From NCBI GenBank assembly GCA_963677435.1, contig OY781945.1:2944001-3008000 (forward strand): a stretch of DNA of 64,000 nucleotides, read 5' to 3'. Shown piece after piece: positions 31,091 through 39,774 of the stretch. The DNA comes from an uncultured Aliarcobacter sp. GTDB lineage: Bacteria > Campylobacterota > Campylobacteria > Campylobacterales > Arcobacteraceae. How positions within the stretch are numbered: position 1 is the first letter of the stretch; every line of letters begins with the position of its first letter. The notes under the pieces were generated by a model. It was given only the letters and a program-made list of their open reading frames with translations. It was not told the DNA's origin and did not search any database. A program made the translations under genes and the position numbers.

Positions 31091-31311
31091 CTGCCTTTGA
31101 TGAAGCTAAGGTTTGATTCTTTATTTTCGGTGAAAAGTGAGGACTGTTTGAGTGAAGAAAGGTACTGAATGTACCTTTCGTAGCGAGTTCCGCAACGCAG
31201 AAAATAAAGGAGCAAATCTTAGGAAGCTTCGCCTTCATCAGCATGGCAGTCTTTTTTGCTTACTTTTTTGAGACCAAAAAGTAAGAGAAAGCGAAAACCC
31301 TCGTAGTTTTC
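31091..31311 (+). ncRNA. Structured non-coding element (ncRNA or MITE-like repeat), family unknown
   Basis: Nested helices 31091-95/31245-49, 31098-105/31233-40, 31106-115/31213-222, 31117-128/31200-211; inner 9-bp hairpin 31157-31179; 3' hairpins 31259-31285 and 31293-31311; 68/160 G+C over 31091-31250. Confidence 0.6.
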
Positions 31312-31374
31312 AAGAGAAAAATTTAATAACAATGCAAAAGTAATTATATGAATAAAAAAACTAGCAGTAAATAT

Positions 31375-31397
31375 TGAGGGTGCAAAAAACACCCTCA
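31375..31397 (-). terminator. Hairpin downstream of the EF-hand gene
   Basis: TGAGGGTG-caaaaaa-CACCCTCA. Confidence 0.6.
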
Positions 31398-31404
31398 GAT
31401 AGAA

Positions 31405-31992
31405 TTATTGTCTTTGTTTTGTTTGATGAGTTTGAAACTCTTCTTTGCTGATATTTCCATCTTTGTTAGTATCAATATCTGAAAATAGTGGTTGATTCCC
31501 GATATTTTTCATCATCTTACCCTCAGATGCTTTTTCTTCCATTCTTTTTTCACGAGCTTCGTCCATTTCTTTAGAACTAATCATTCCGTCATTATTTAAA
31601 TCAAAATCTTCAAAGTTTGGCATATTGAACCCTTGTCCCATACCTTGCCCCATTCCTCTATTACCTTGATTATTTTGCATCTGTTTATTTTGACCTTTTA
31701 ATAACTCAAGTTCAGTCAATTTTCCATCTTTATTTGTATCTAAAGTACTAAAATCTGGTGCATTTGCAACATTTCTCATAGGCATTCCAGCAGATGCTTT
31801 TTGCTCTATTCGTTTTGCTCTTATATCGTTAAACTCTTTTTCACTAATGAATCCATCTTTATTTGTATCGTAAGATGAAAACTCTATAGGACCTCTATTT
31901 GGTAAATCTTCTGCAATAAGTGCAGTTGTTATAACTGATAAAGAACCAGCAACCAAAAAACCTAATTTAATTGTTTTAAATAAGTTTTTCAT
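31405..31992 (-). CDS. Secreted EF-hand calcium-binding protein
   Basis: Signal-peptide-like N-terminus; four loops DTNKDGFIS, DTNKDGKLT, DLNNDGMIS, DTNKDGNIS in two duplicated halves joined by a GMGQ linker. Confidence 0.88.
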   Translation of the reverse strand: MKNLFKTIKLGFLVAGSLSVITTALIAEDLPNRGPIEFSSYDTNKDGFISEKEFNDIRAKRIEQKASAGMPMRNVANAPDFSTLDTNKDGKLTELELLKGQNKQMQNNQGNRGMGQGMGQGFNMPNFEDFDLNNDGMISSKEMDEAREKRMEEKASEGKMMKNIGNQPLFSDIDTNKDGNISKEEFQTHQTKQRQ

Positions 31993-32141
31993 TATTTCTC
32001 CCTTTTTTATTAGATGATATATTATACTCTTTTAATTATATATTAGATATAACTTTTGCTTATATAACTAAACTTAAAAATCTCAATCTTTACTCAATAA
32101 TAATCAATTATGACTCTTATTAACTACATCTGATTTTTCCT

Positions 32142-32417
32142 CTAGCACATTGCTAAATGGGTATTTATTGACATAAAGCTATCATCAATAACTTTTTTAT
32201 GAGCCTCAAATTCCTCTTTACTTGCTTTGCTAATTGCTTCTAATCTAGATTTTGATTCTTCGAGCTTTTCCTCTACGATTTTAATTAGTTTATCTAGTTT
32301 TCTATTGGCATCAGCATCAAATTCTGAAAGCTGATCCTTTAATTCTTTTAATCTTAGTTCATACTCATCTATTTGAGCTTGTTTTTTTTGTTGATACAGT
32401 TTTTTTTCATCCATCAT
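32142..32417 (-). CDS. Small coiled-coil hypothetical protein
   Basis: 91-aa highly charged helical ORF, RBS AAAGGA, directly downstream of the BON gene. Confidence 0.75.
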   Translation of the reverse strand: MMDEKKLYQQKKQAQIDEYELRLKELKDQLSEFDADANRKLDKLIKIVEEKLEESKSRLEAISKASKEEFEAHKKVIDDSFMSINTHLAMC

Positions 32418-32453
32418 AAATCCTTTCTTTGATTATAAATGTACAAATTGAAA

Positions 32454-33029
32454 TTATTCAATGTTCATTTCATTAACTACGCTCTTAACCCCATCAACAT
32501 CTTCTATAACTTTACTTACAAGTTCTTTTTCTGCAATGTTTAGAGCTTTTCCGCTAACAGTAACTACAGCATCATTTGTTGTAACAGAAGTTCTTAAAAC
32601 GCCAGTTGAACGATGTATAACTAAAGCCATTTTTACTTTTGCAGTAATAACAGAATCATCAAGTTTTTCACCTACTGTACTTGTTTTCTCTTTAAGTATT
32701 GTCATTTTATTTTCAACACTTTTAACTCCTTGAATATCTTCAACAAGTTTAGTAATCAACTCTTTTTCTGCACTATTTTCAACACTTCCATTGATTATAA
32801 CAATACCATTAGTAGTACTAACTTCTGTTCGAAAAGTACTTGTTGAACGATGTAATAATAATGCCATTTTTACTTGTGTAGTAATAACAGCATCATCAAG
32901 TTTTTCTCCAACAGAAGGCTTTAATTTTATTGTACTTTCATTTGTAACATCAGCAGCTAATAGTGGGAAAGTATTTACAACTAAAACAGTTGCAACAATT
33001 GCTACTTTTAAAAATATACTCGGTTTCAT
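32454..33029 (-). CDS. Dual BON-domain periplasmic protein (OsmY-like)
   Basis: Signal peptide; two repeats of VGEKLDD.VIT..VKMAL...V.T.N..V...G....GVKSV.N. Confidence 0.9.
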   Translation of the reverse strand: MKPSIFLKVAIVATVLVVNTFPLLAADVTNESTIKLKPSVGEKLDDAVITTQVKMALLLHRSTSTFRTEVSTTNGIVIINGSVENSAEKELITKLVEDIQGVKSVENKMTILKEKTSTVGEKLDDSVITAKVKMALVIHRSTGVLRTSVTTNDAVVTVSGKALNIAEKELVSKVIEDVDGVKSVVNEMNIE

Positions 33030-33124
33030 GGTTCATGTTCTCCTTTTGTATTTCGTAACACTTTTCATTATCTTCCAATACACATTAAAACAAGCCACAA
33101 ATAAAAATTATTTGTTAAAGAGCC

Positions 33125-33155
33125 TAATTAAATGCGACTAAGTTGCATTTAATTA
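33125..33155. promoter_or_regulatory. 15-1-15 inverted repeat between the divergent BON and ABC operons (candidate operator)
   Basis: TAATTAAATGCGACT-A-AGTTGCATTTAATTA, one mismatch; abuts TATACT at 33154-33159. Confidence 0.5.
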
Positions 33156-33167
33156 TACTTAAAATAT

Positions 33168-33186
33168 GATTCCAATAATAATTATC
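33168..33186 (+). promoter_or_regulatory. Possible Fur-family box upstream of the ABC operon
   Basis: GATTCCAATAATAATTATC matches 14/19 of GATAATGATAATCATTATC; the AT-rich background weakens this. Confidence 0.35.
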
Positions 33187-33201
33187 AGAAAAAGGAAAAG
33201 A

Positions 33202-34698
33202 ATGAATATTAAGAAATTAATAAAATTATGTTTAATTTTTTCATTTTTAACTCTTAGTGCAAATGAGTTAAAAGTAATAGGACCAAATGAAATAAAAGGT
33301 ATTGAACCAACAAAATCAGGATATATATTTTCAAGACTTCAGATTGCTGAAAATCTTGTAAAAGTAAATGACAAAGGTGAAATTCTTCCAAATTTAGCTA
33401 TTAGTTGGGAAACTTCGGCAGATGAGTTAACATGGAAATTTAAAATAAGACCTAATGTAAAATTTCAAGATGATACTATTTTAGATGCACAAACAGTAGT
33501 TTTAAATTTGACGAGAGAAGATGCAAAAGAAAAAAGTATTTTGAGATATTTACCTATTGAAAAAATAGATTCAAATAATGATGAATTGATAATAAAACTA
33601 ACTTCAAAGGTTAGTATTTTACCCGCATACTTTGCTCATTACACTACTTTGATATTAAGTAAAAATTCATTTGAAAATGGAAAAGTTGTGGAATTCATAG
33701 GAACAGGTCCTTTTAAAATCACAAATATTACTGAACCTCTTTTAATAAAAGCAGATAGATTTGACTCTTGGTGGGGGAAAACTAACGAAGTTGAAAAACT
33801 TACATATAATGCAGTTGGAACTAATGAAACAAGAGCCTTAATGATTAAAAGTGGTGATGCAGATATTGCTTTTTCAATTTTGCCAATATCATTAAAGTCA
33901 TTAGAGAAAAACCCTAATTTAGATATTCAGACAGTGAAAATATTTAGAACTAGAAAATTAAAACTAAATTCAGGAGATGAAATTTTAAAAGACAAAAATA
34001 TAAGACAAGCTATAAGTTATGCAATAAATAGAGATGCTATAGCAAAAGGAATTTTAAAAGATGAATCTTTAGCAGCAACACAAATGTTTCCACCTGAGCT
34101 TGTAGCTTGGCACAATAAAAATATAGAACCACTAACATTTAATATTAAAAAATCAGAAGAACTACTAAAAAATAGTGGTTGGGAAAAACAAAATGATGGT
34201 TTTTTATATAAAAATGGTAAAAAATTAGAACTTGAACTTATTACTTATCCAAACTGGCCAGAACTGCCTATTATTGCAACGGTTGTTCAAAATCAATTAA
34301 AACAAGTTGGAATTGATTTAAGAATATCTGTTACAAATTCATCTGAAGTTGTAAGAAAACACAAAGATAACTCTTTACAATTAGCCCTTATTTCAAAAAA
34401 CTTTACATTAGTTCCTAATCCTTTAGGCACTATTAGTGAAGATTATGGTGAGAATGGTGGAGATTGGGGTGCTATGAATTGGAAAAATGAAAAAATGGCA
34501 TCTGATTTAAAATCATTATATGAAAAAGCTAATTTAGAAACTCAGTTTGAAGTATCTAAAATTTTAAATGAAGAATTACCATCTATTCCACTAACTTGGT
34601 CAAGTATTACTGTTGTTTCAAATAAAAAAATCAAGAATCTTAAAATTGATCCTTTTGAAATTTCTTATAATTTAACTGATATTAAATTTGATAAATAA
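33202..34698 (+). CDS. ABC transporter substrate-binding protein, peptide/nickel family 5
   Basis: PNLAISWETS, FKIRPNVKFQDDT, IGTGPF, IRQAISYAINR; RBS AAGGA before ATG 33202. Confidence 0.9.
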   Translation: MNIKKLIKLCLIFSFLTLSANELKVIGPNEIKGIEPTKSGYIFSRLQIAENLVKVNDKGEILPNLAISWETSADELTWKFKIRPNVKFQDDTILDAQTVVLNLTREDAKEKSILRYLPIEKIDSNNDELIIKLTSKVSILPAYFAHYTTLILSKNSFENGKVVEFIGTGPFKITNITEPLLIKADRFDSWWGKTNEVEKLTYNAVGTNETRALMIKSGDADIAFSILPISLKSLEKNPNLDIQTVKIFRTRKLKLNSGDEILKDKNIRQAISYAINRDAIAKGILKDESLAATQMFPPELVAWHNKNIEPLTFNIKKSEELLKNSGWEKQNDGFLYKNGKKLELELITYPNWPELPIIATVVQNQLKQVGIDLRISVTNSSEVVRKHKDNSLQLALISKNFTLVPNPLGTISEDYGENGGDWGAMNWKNEKMASDLKSLYEKANLETQFEVSKILNEELPSIPLTWSSITVVSNKKIKNLKIDPFEISYNLTDIKFDK

Positions 34699-34707
34699 AG
34701 ATATTAG

Positions 34708-35661
34708 ATGTTTATAAATATTTTTATAAAAAGATTTTTTCAAGTCATAGTAGTTGCTTTATTATCAAGTAGTATCGGTTTTTTAATGATGCACTTATTA
34801 CCTGGTGATATTGCTATGAGAATCGCAGCAGGAAGGTATGGCCCAGATGGCCTTACTGCTGAAATTGCACAAAGTGTTAGAATAGAATTGCAATTAAATA
34901 AACCCTTATATGAACAATATCTAATATCAATTTTTAATTTTTTAAAACTTGACTTAGGATATTCGTTAGTTAGTGGAAATAGTGTTATTCAAGAATTAAA
35001 AGTTCAATTGGGCTACTCTTTTGTTTTAGCTCTTTTGGCTTTTATTGTTTCATTAATTATTGCTATTCCTTTAGGAATATTTACATCTATTAGCAAATAT
35101 AAATTTGTAAATAATAGTGTTATGTTAATTTCAATTATTATTAGAGCCATTCCCCCTTTTGTTTTAGCACTAATTCTTATTTTGATATTTAGTATTTGGT
35201 TTAATATTTTACCACCTGCTGGATTTGAGAGTTGGAAAAATTTTGTATTACCAACATTAACTCTTTGCCTTGGATTAGCTGCTGTTTCAAACAGGTTAAT
35301 AACAGATTCTATGAATGATGTTCAAAACTCTTCTTATTTTAAATATGGAAGATTTAAAGGTTTATCTCAAAATATAACAATAAAAAGACATGGTATTAAG
35401 AATGCTTTAATTCCTTTAATATCATTTTTAGCCCTTCAATCTGTTTATTTAATAGAAGGTGTTGTAGTTGTAGAAACCATATTTGCTTTCCCTGGAATTG
35501 GTCATGCCTTAGTTCATGCAATTGTGGCAAGAGATATACCAATGATTCAAGGTACTGTTTTAATTATGGGATTAATATTTGTATTTATAAATCTAATTGT
35601 AGATATTTTGGCACTAAATTTAGACCCAAGATTAAAGGAGAAAAAATATAATGGAAAATAA
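34708..35661 (+). CDS. ABC peptide/nickel permease (DppB/NikB-like)
   Basis: LLPGD, DLGYS, KGL...RHGIKNALIP, VETIFAFPGIG, RDIPMIQG. Confidence 0.9.
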   Translation: MFINIFIKRFFQVIVVALLSSSIGFLMMHLLPGDIAMRIAAGRYGPDGLTAEIAQSVRIELQLNKPLYEQYLISIFNFLKLDLGYSLVSGNSVIQELKVQLGYSFVLALLAFIVSLIIAIPLGIFTSISKYKFVNNSVMLISIIIRAIPPFVLALILILIFSIWFNILPPAGFESWKNFVLPTLTLCLGLAAVSNRLITDSMNDVQNSSYFKYGRFKGLSQNITIKRHGIKNALIPLISFLALQSVYLIEGVVVVETIFAFPGIGHALVHAIVARDIPMIQGTVLIMGLIFVFINLIVDILALNLDPRLKEKKYNGK

Positions 35662-36439
35662 AAGAACTTTTTATATTGGTTTATATATTTTAATATTTTT
35701 AGCATTTTTCTCAATTCTCAGTCAAATTATTTTAAATTATGAAAGCGACCAACAAGATTTATTTAATATATTTGCAAATCCAACTTTAGAACATCCTTTA
35801 GGAACAGACCAATATGGAAGAGATGTATTAGTAAGAGTTGCCCAAGCTACACAGCTTTCATTTTTCCTAGCTTTAATTACAACAGTAACTGCCTTTATAC
35901 CAGGTGTTACCTTAGGAATATTAGCAGCATATAAAGGTGGATTAACTGATAAGTTTTTAAATATTATTTGTGATATATTATTAGCTCTTCCAGGATTGTT
36001 ACTGATTCTTGTATTAATTGCTTTTTCTCCTGGAGATTTTTTGCCACTTTATGTAGGACTTGCATTAATTTTATGGATTGAATTCTTCAAAATTACTAGA
36101 TTAAAAACCAAATCATTACTGGTTGAACCTTTTGTTGAATCATCAAAATCTTTAGGATTTAGTTTTTTTTATATCTTAAGAAAATTAATTATTCCAAAAC
36201 TTTTACCCATGATATTTACTATTTCAACTTTTTCAATGAGTACAGCAATTATTGCTATTTCTTCATTAAGTGCAATAAATGTAGGAATTAGACCACCAAC
36301 AGCTGAGTTAGGAAGTATGATTATTGAACTATTACCATATTATGAAGAAGAACCATTATTAGTTTTATTGCCCTCTTTAATTATATTCTTAATTGTACTA
36401 TCACTACAACTTATGTCTAAAAGGAGTGTAAATGAATAA
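35651..36439 (+). CDS. ABC peptide/nickel permease (DppC/NikC-like)
   Basis: HPLGTDQYGRD, PPTAELGSMI. Confidence 0.9.
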   Translation: MENKRTFYIGLYILIFLAFFSILSQIILNYESDQQDLFNIFANPTLEHPLGTDQYGRDVLVRVAQATQLSFFLALITTVTAFIPGVTLGILAAYKGGLTDKFLNIICDILLALPGLLLILVLIAFSPGDFLPLYVGLALILWIEFFKITRLKTKSLLVEPFVESSKSLGFSFFYILRKLIIPKLLPMIFTISTFSMSTAIIAISSLSAINVGIRPPTAELGSMIIELLPYYEEEPLLVLLPSLIIFLIVLSLQLMSKRSVNE

Positions 36440-37832
36440 ACAATTAAAAATAGAAAATTTAACAATTTACACAAAAGATAAAGTACTTGTAAAAGATATA
36501 AATTTAGAAATATCTACAAATAAACCTCTTGTATTATTAGGAGAGTCAGGTTCTGGTAAATCTTTAGTTATAGATGCTGTAATGGGCATTTTACCCCAAG
36601 AATTAGAAGTATCAGGAAAAATATTACTTGATAATATTGATTTATTAAAATTATCAAAAAAAGAAAGGGAAAAACTTTGGGGAAAACATATAACCTTACT
36701 TCCTCAAGAACCTTGGTTATCTTTAGACCCAACTATGAAAGTAATTGAACAAATCAAAGAAGTTAGACAATTCACATATAAAAATAATGTTAAGCAGAGT
36801 TTAAAAAAATCATTAGAAGAACTAAAAGATGTAAAACTAGAAAAGTTTACAAATTCATATCCTTATGAACTCTCAGGAGGTATGTGCCAAAGATTAACGA
36901 TTGCAATTACCCATGTTCAAGAAGGAAGCCTAATTTTAGTTGATGAACCAACAAAAGGATTGGATAAAAAACTGTGTGACTCGATAGTTGATAAATTAAA
37001 TGAACAAATAAAACAAAATAAACTTTTATTTGTTATTACCCATGATTTAGAAATTGCAAGAAAAATAGAAGGCTCTTTAGGAATTATGGTCGATGGAGAA
37101 ATCATTGAATATTCTGATACAAAATCAATTTTTAATAATCCACAAAAAGAGTACACAAAAAAATTAATTTTAGCAGAGCCAACATTTTGGAAAATAGAAA
37201 AAACAAAACCAAAAGATGAAACAATCGTTCATATAAAAAATTTAAGTAAACAGTTTGATAAAAATATACTTTTTAAAAAATTATCATTTGATATAAAAAA
37301 AGGTGAAATAGTCTCAATAGTTGGGGAAAGTGGTAGTGGAAAAAGTTCATTAGGAAATATAATTTTAGAGCATTTATCATCAGATTCTGGAGAGATTATA
37401 AAAAATAAAAATTATTCAAAAATCCAATTTCAAAAGATTTATCAAGATCCACCAAGTGCTTTTTTGCCTGAGCAAATATTAGAAGATGGCTTTTTAGATT
37501 TACTAAAATTACATAAAATTGCAAAAGAAAAATTATATTCATTTTTAGAAAAATTTAATTTATCAAAAGAGTTATTAAATAGAACACCATCTGAAATATC
37601 AGGAGGGGAATTACAAAGATTTTCTATAATCAGAGTATTGCTTTTAAAACCTATTTTTATTTTTGCAGATGAGATTACATCAAGACTTGATCCTATATCT
37701 CAAAAAGAGGTTTTATTTTTATTAAAAGAGATAGTTGAAACTGAAAATCTAAGTGTTCTTCTTGTTACCCATGATAGAACACTAGCTCAAATCATTTCTA
37801 ATAAAATAATTAATATAGAAGAGTATAAATAA
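36432..37832 (+). CDS. ABC transporter ATP-binding protein with two fused ATPase domains
   Basis: Two Walker A motifs (GESGSGKS), LSGGMCQR / ISGGELQR, DEPT / DEIT. Confidence 0.92.
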   Translation: MNKQLKIENLTIYTKDKVLVKDINLEISTNKPLVLLGESGSGKSLVIDAVMGILPQELEVSGKILLDNIDLLKLSKKEREKLWGKHITLLPQEPWLSLDPTMKVIEQIKEVRQFTYKNNVKQSLKKSLEELKDVKLEKFTNSYPYELSGGMCQRLTIAITHVQEGSLILVDEPTKGLDKKLCDSIVDKLNEQIKQNKLLFVITHDLEIARKIEGSLGIMVDGEIIEYSDTKSIFNNPQKEYTKKLILAEPTFWKIEKTKPKDETIVHIKNLSKQFDKNILFKKLSFDIKKGEIVSIVGESGSGKSSLGNIILEHLSSDSGEIIKNKNYSKIQFQKIYQDPPSAFLPEQILEDGFLDLLKLHKIAKEKLYSFLEKFNLSKELLNRTPSEISGGELQRFSIIRVLLLKPIFIFADEITSRLDPISQKEVLFLLKEIVETENLSVLLVTHDRTLAQIISNKIINIEEYK

Positions 37833-37837
37833 AAAAA

Positions 37838-37862
37838 GGGAAAATCAAATATTGATTTTCCC
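37838..37862. terminator. Hairpin between the convergent ABC ATPase and BASS genes
   Basis: GGGAAAATCAA-ata-TTGATTTTCCC. Confidence 0.55.
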
Positions 37863-38768
37863 CTCTTCTTGTTTTGCCCAGATACCAGCAAGAATAGAAC
37901 CTGAAATATTATGCCAAATACTAAATATAGCCCCAGGAAGTGCACTTAAAGGTGTAAAATATTTCATTGCTAGAACAACTGCTAAACCAGAGTTTTGCAT
38001 TCCAACTTCTATTGCAACTGTTTTGCAAACAGTTTTATCATAACCAAACAATTTCGTAAAATAATATCCAGTAATTAGTCCTAAAAGATTATGACAAGCT
38101 ATTGCTAACATCAAAGATATGGCAATTGTAGAGATTTTACTTTCATTTATACCTATAATAATTCCTATTATAAATACAATTGAAATGATTGATAATAGAG
38201 CAAAAATATCATGTCTTTTTTCAATATATTTATTAAAAAAGTGATTTAAAATAAGTCCTATTACAACAGGTACAAATACTATTTTTAAAATACTAAGTAA
38301 CATATCAAAAGCAGGAACAGGAACCGTTTGTCCAACATAAAGAAGTGTCAAATAAGGAGTAATGATTATAGACAAAAGGGTAGAAACTATAGTCATAGTA
38401 ATAGAAAGTGCCACATCAGCTTTTGCTAAAAATACTATTACATTAGATGCAGTTCCACCTGAAACTGCACCAACTAAAATCATACCCACAAGTAATTCAT
38501 CAGATAAATTAAATATTTTAGAAACTAAAAAAGCAAACAAAGGCATAAATAAAAACTGTAATACAACTGTCAAAGCTATGATTTTAGGGCTTTTAAAAAC
38601 TCTTTTAAAATCATCAAGTTTTAGTGTAATTCCCATACAAAACATAATAAGTATCAAAAGTGGAATAATCCAAGACTTAAATCCAACCACCAAACTTGGT
38701 TGAAAATATGAAACTATTGAGAATAATACAGCCCATAGAGGAAATAAAATAGAAATTTTTTTAATCAT
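37845..38768 (-). CDS. Bile acid:sodium symporter family (BASS, PanS-like) transporter
   Basis: MFCMGITL, GGTASNV, ADVALS, IEVGMQNSGLA, FSIWHNISGS. Confidence 0.88.
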   Translation of the reverse strand: MIKKISILFPLWAVLFSIVSYFQPSLVVGFKSWIIPLLILIMFCMGITLKLDDFKRVFKSPKIIALTVVLQFLFMPLFAFLVSKIFNLSDELLVGMILVGAVSGGTASNVIVFLAKADVALSITMTIVSTLLSIIITPYLTLLYVGQTVPVPAFDMLLSILKIVFVPVVIGLILNHFFNKYIEKRHDIFALLSIISIVFIIGIIIGINESKISTIAISLMLAIACHNLLGLITGYYFTKLFGYDKTVCKTVAIEVGMQNSGLAVVLAMKYFTPLSALPGAIFSIWHNISGSILAGIWAKQEEGKINI

Positions 38769-38844
38769 TAGTAATCCAAAGTTTTTTCTTATTTTACAAA
38801 AATAATCTCATAAACACATAAAGCTTTTATGAGACTATTTTCCT

Positions 38845-39774
38845 TTATTTATTCAAAAAATCTTTTATATTTTGTGCTACTTTTTTCATAAGTCTATTTC
38901 TTGCTTCACTTGATCCCCAACCTATATGTGGAGTTAAAAGTAGTCTATCTTTATTTTTAACTTTTAATAGTGGATTTGAACTCTCAATTGGCTCTTTTGA
39001 AACAACATCAATCCCACAATAAATCTCTTTTTCATCTATAATTTTGGCTAAATCATCTTCATTTATAATTCCACCACGACCTAAATTTAATAAAATTGCA
39101 CCCTCTTTTATATTTTTCATATTTTCATATGTCAATAAATTTCTTGTGTTGTCATTTAATGGGCAATGAATACTTATGATATCTGAGGTTTGTAATAACT
39201 CATCAAGTTCAACTCTTTTGTAATTTGAATTGCTGTTTCTTCCACTTGTTGAGTAATAAACAACTTCACAATCAAAAGCTTGGGCTTTTTTTGCTAAGTT
39301 TGCTCCAATATTTCCAAAACCAATAACTCCAACTCTTTTATTATCTAACTCAAAAAAGATTTCATCAATATGCGTAAATGCTGGTGCTTTTTCCCATCCA
39401 CCATTGTCAACATAAGTTTTATAATAATTTAGTTTTTGAACAAAATGAAATATCATCGCAAAAGCCACTTGAACTACACTTGATGTAGAATAATCAGCCA
39501 CATTTTTTACTACAATATTTTTAGTTTTTGCATACTCTAAATCTACATTATCAGTTCCAGTTGCTGTGATACAAATAAGTTTTATAGATGAATCATCCAT
39601 TTGCTCTTTTCGTAAAACTACTTTATTTGTGATTACTATATCTGCATCTTTTGCTCTCTCTTTCGTCTCGTTTGCACTTGTTGTATCATAAGAGATAAGC
39701 TCTCCGAACTCTTTAAAAATATTTATATCTATATCTGAACCTAATGTCACTCTATCTAAAATTACAATTTTCAT
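38845..39774 (-). CDS. D-2-hydroxyacid dehydrogenase (glycerate dehydrogenase-like)
   Basis: ATGTDNVD, GVIGFGNIG, SIHCPLN, LNLGRGG, LTPHIGW. Confidence 0.9.
   Translation of the reverse strand: MKIVILDRVTLGSDIDINIFKEFGELISYDTTSANETKERAKDADIVITNKVVLRKEQMDDSSIKLICITATGTDNVDLEYAKTKNIVVKNVADYSTSSVVQVAFAMIFHFVQKLNYYKTYVDNGGWEKAPAFTHIDEIFFELDNKRVGVIGFGNIGANLAKKAQAFDCEVVYYSTSGRNSNSNYKRVELDELLQTSDIISIHCPLNDNTRNLLTYENMKNIKEGAILLNLGRGGIINEDDLAKIIDEKEIYCGIDVVSKEPIESSNPLLKVKNKDRLLLTPHIGWGSSEARNRLMKKVAQNIKDFLNK

Noticed and set aside
31091..31311. Retron msr-msd, group II intron remnant, tRNA, tmRNA or CRISPR interpretation of the structured element
   Set aside because: No reverse transcriptase or cas gene in the window, no repeat-spacer periodicity, no cloverleaf, and no terminal inverted repeat or target duplication that I could define.
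31625..31670. Short tandem repeat (CCTTGTCCCATA/CCTTGCCCCATT)
   Set aside because: It encodes the GMGQ linker of the EF-hand protein and is not an independent repeat element.
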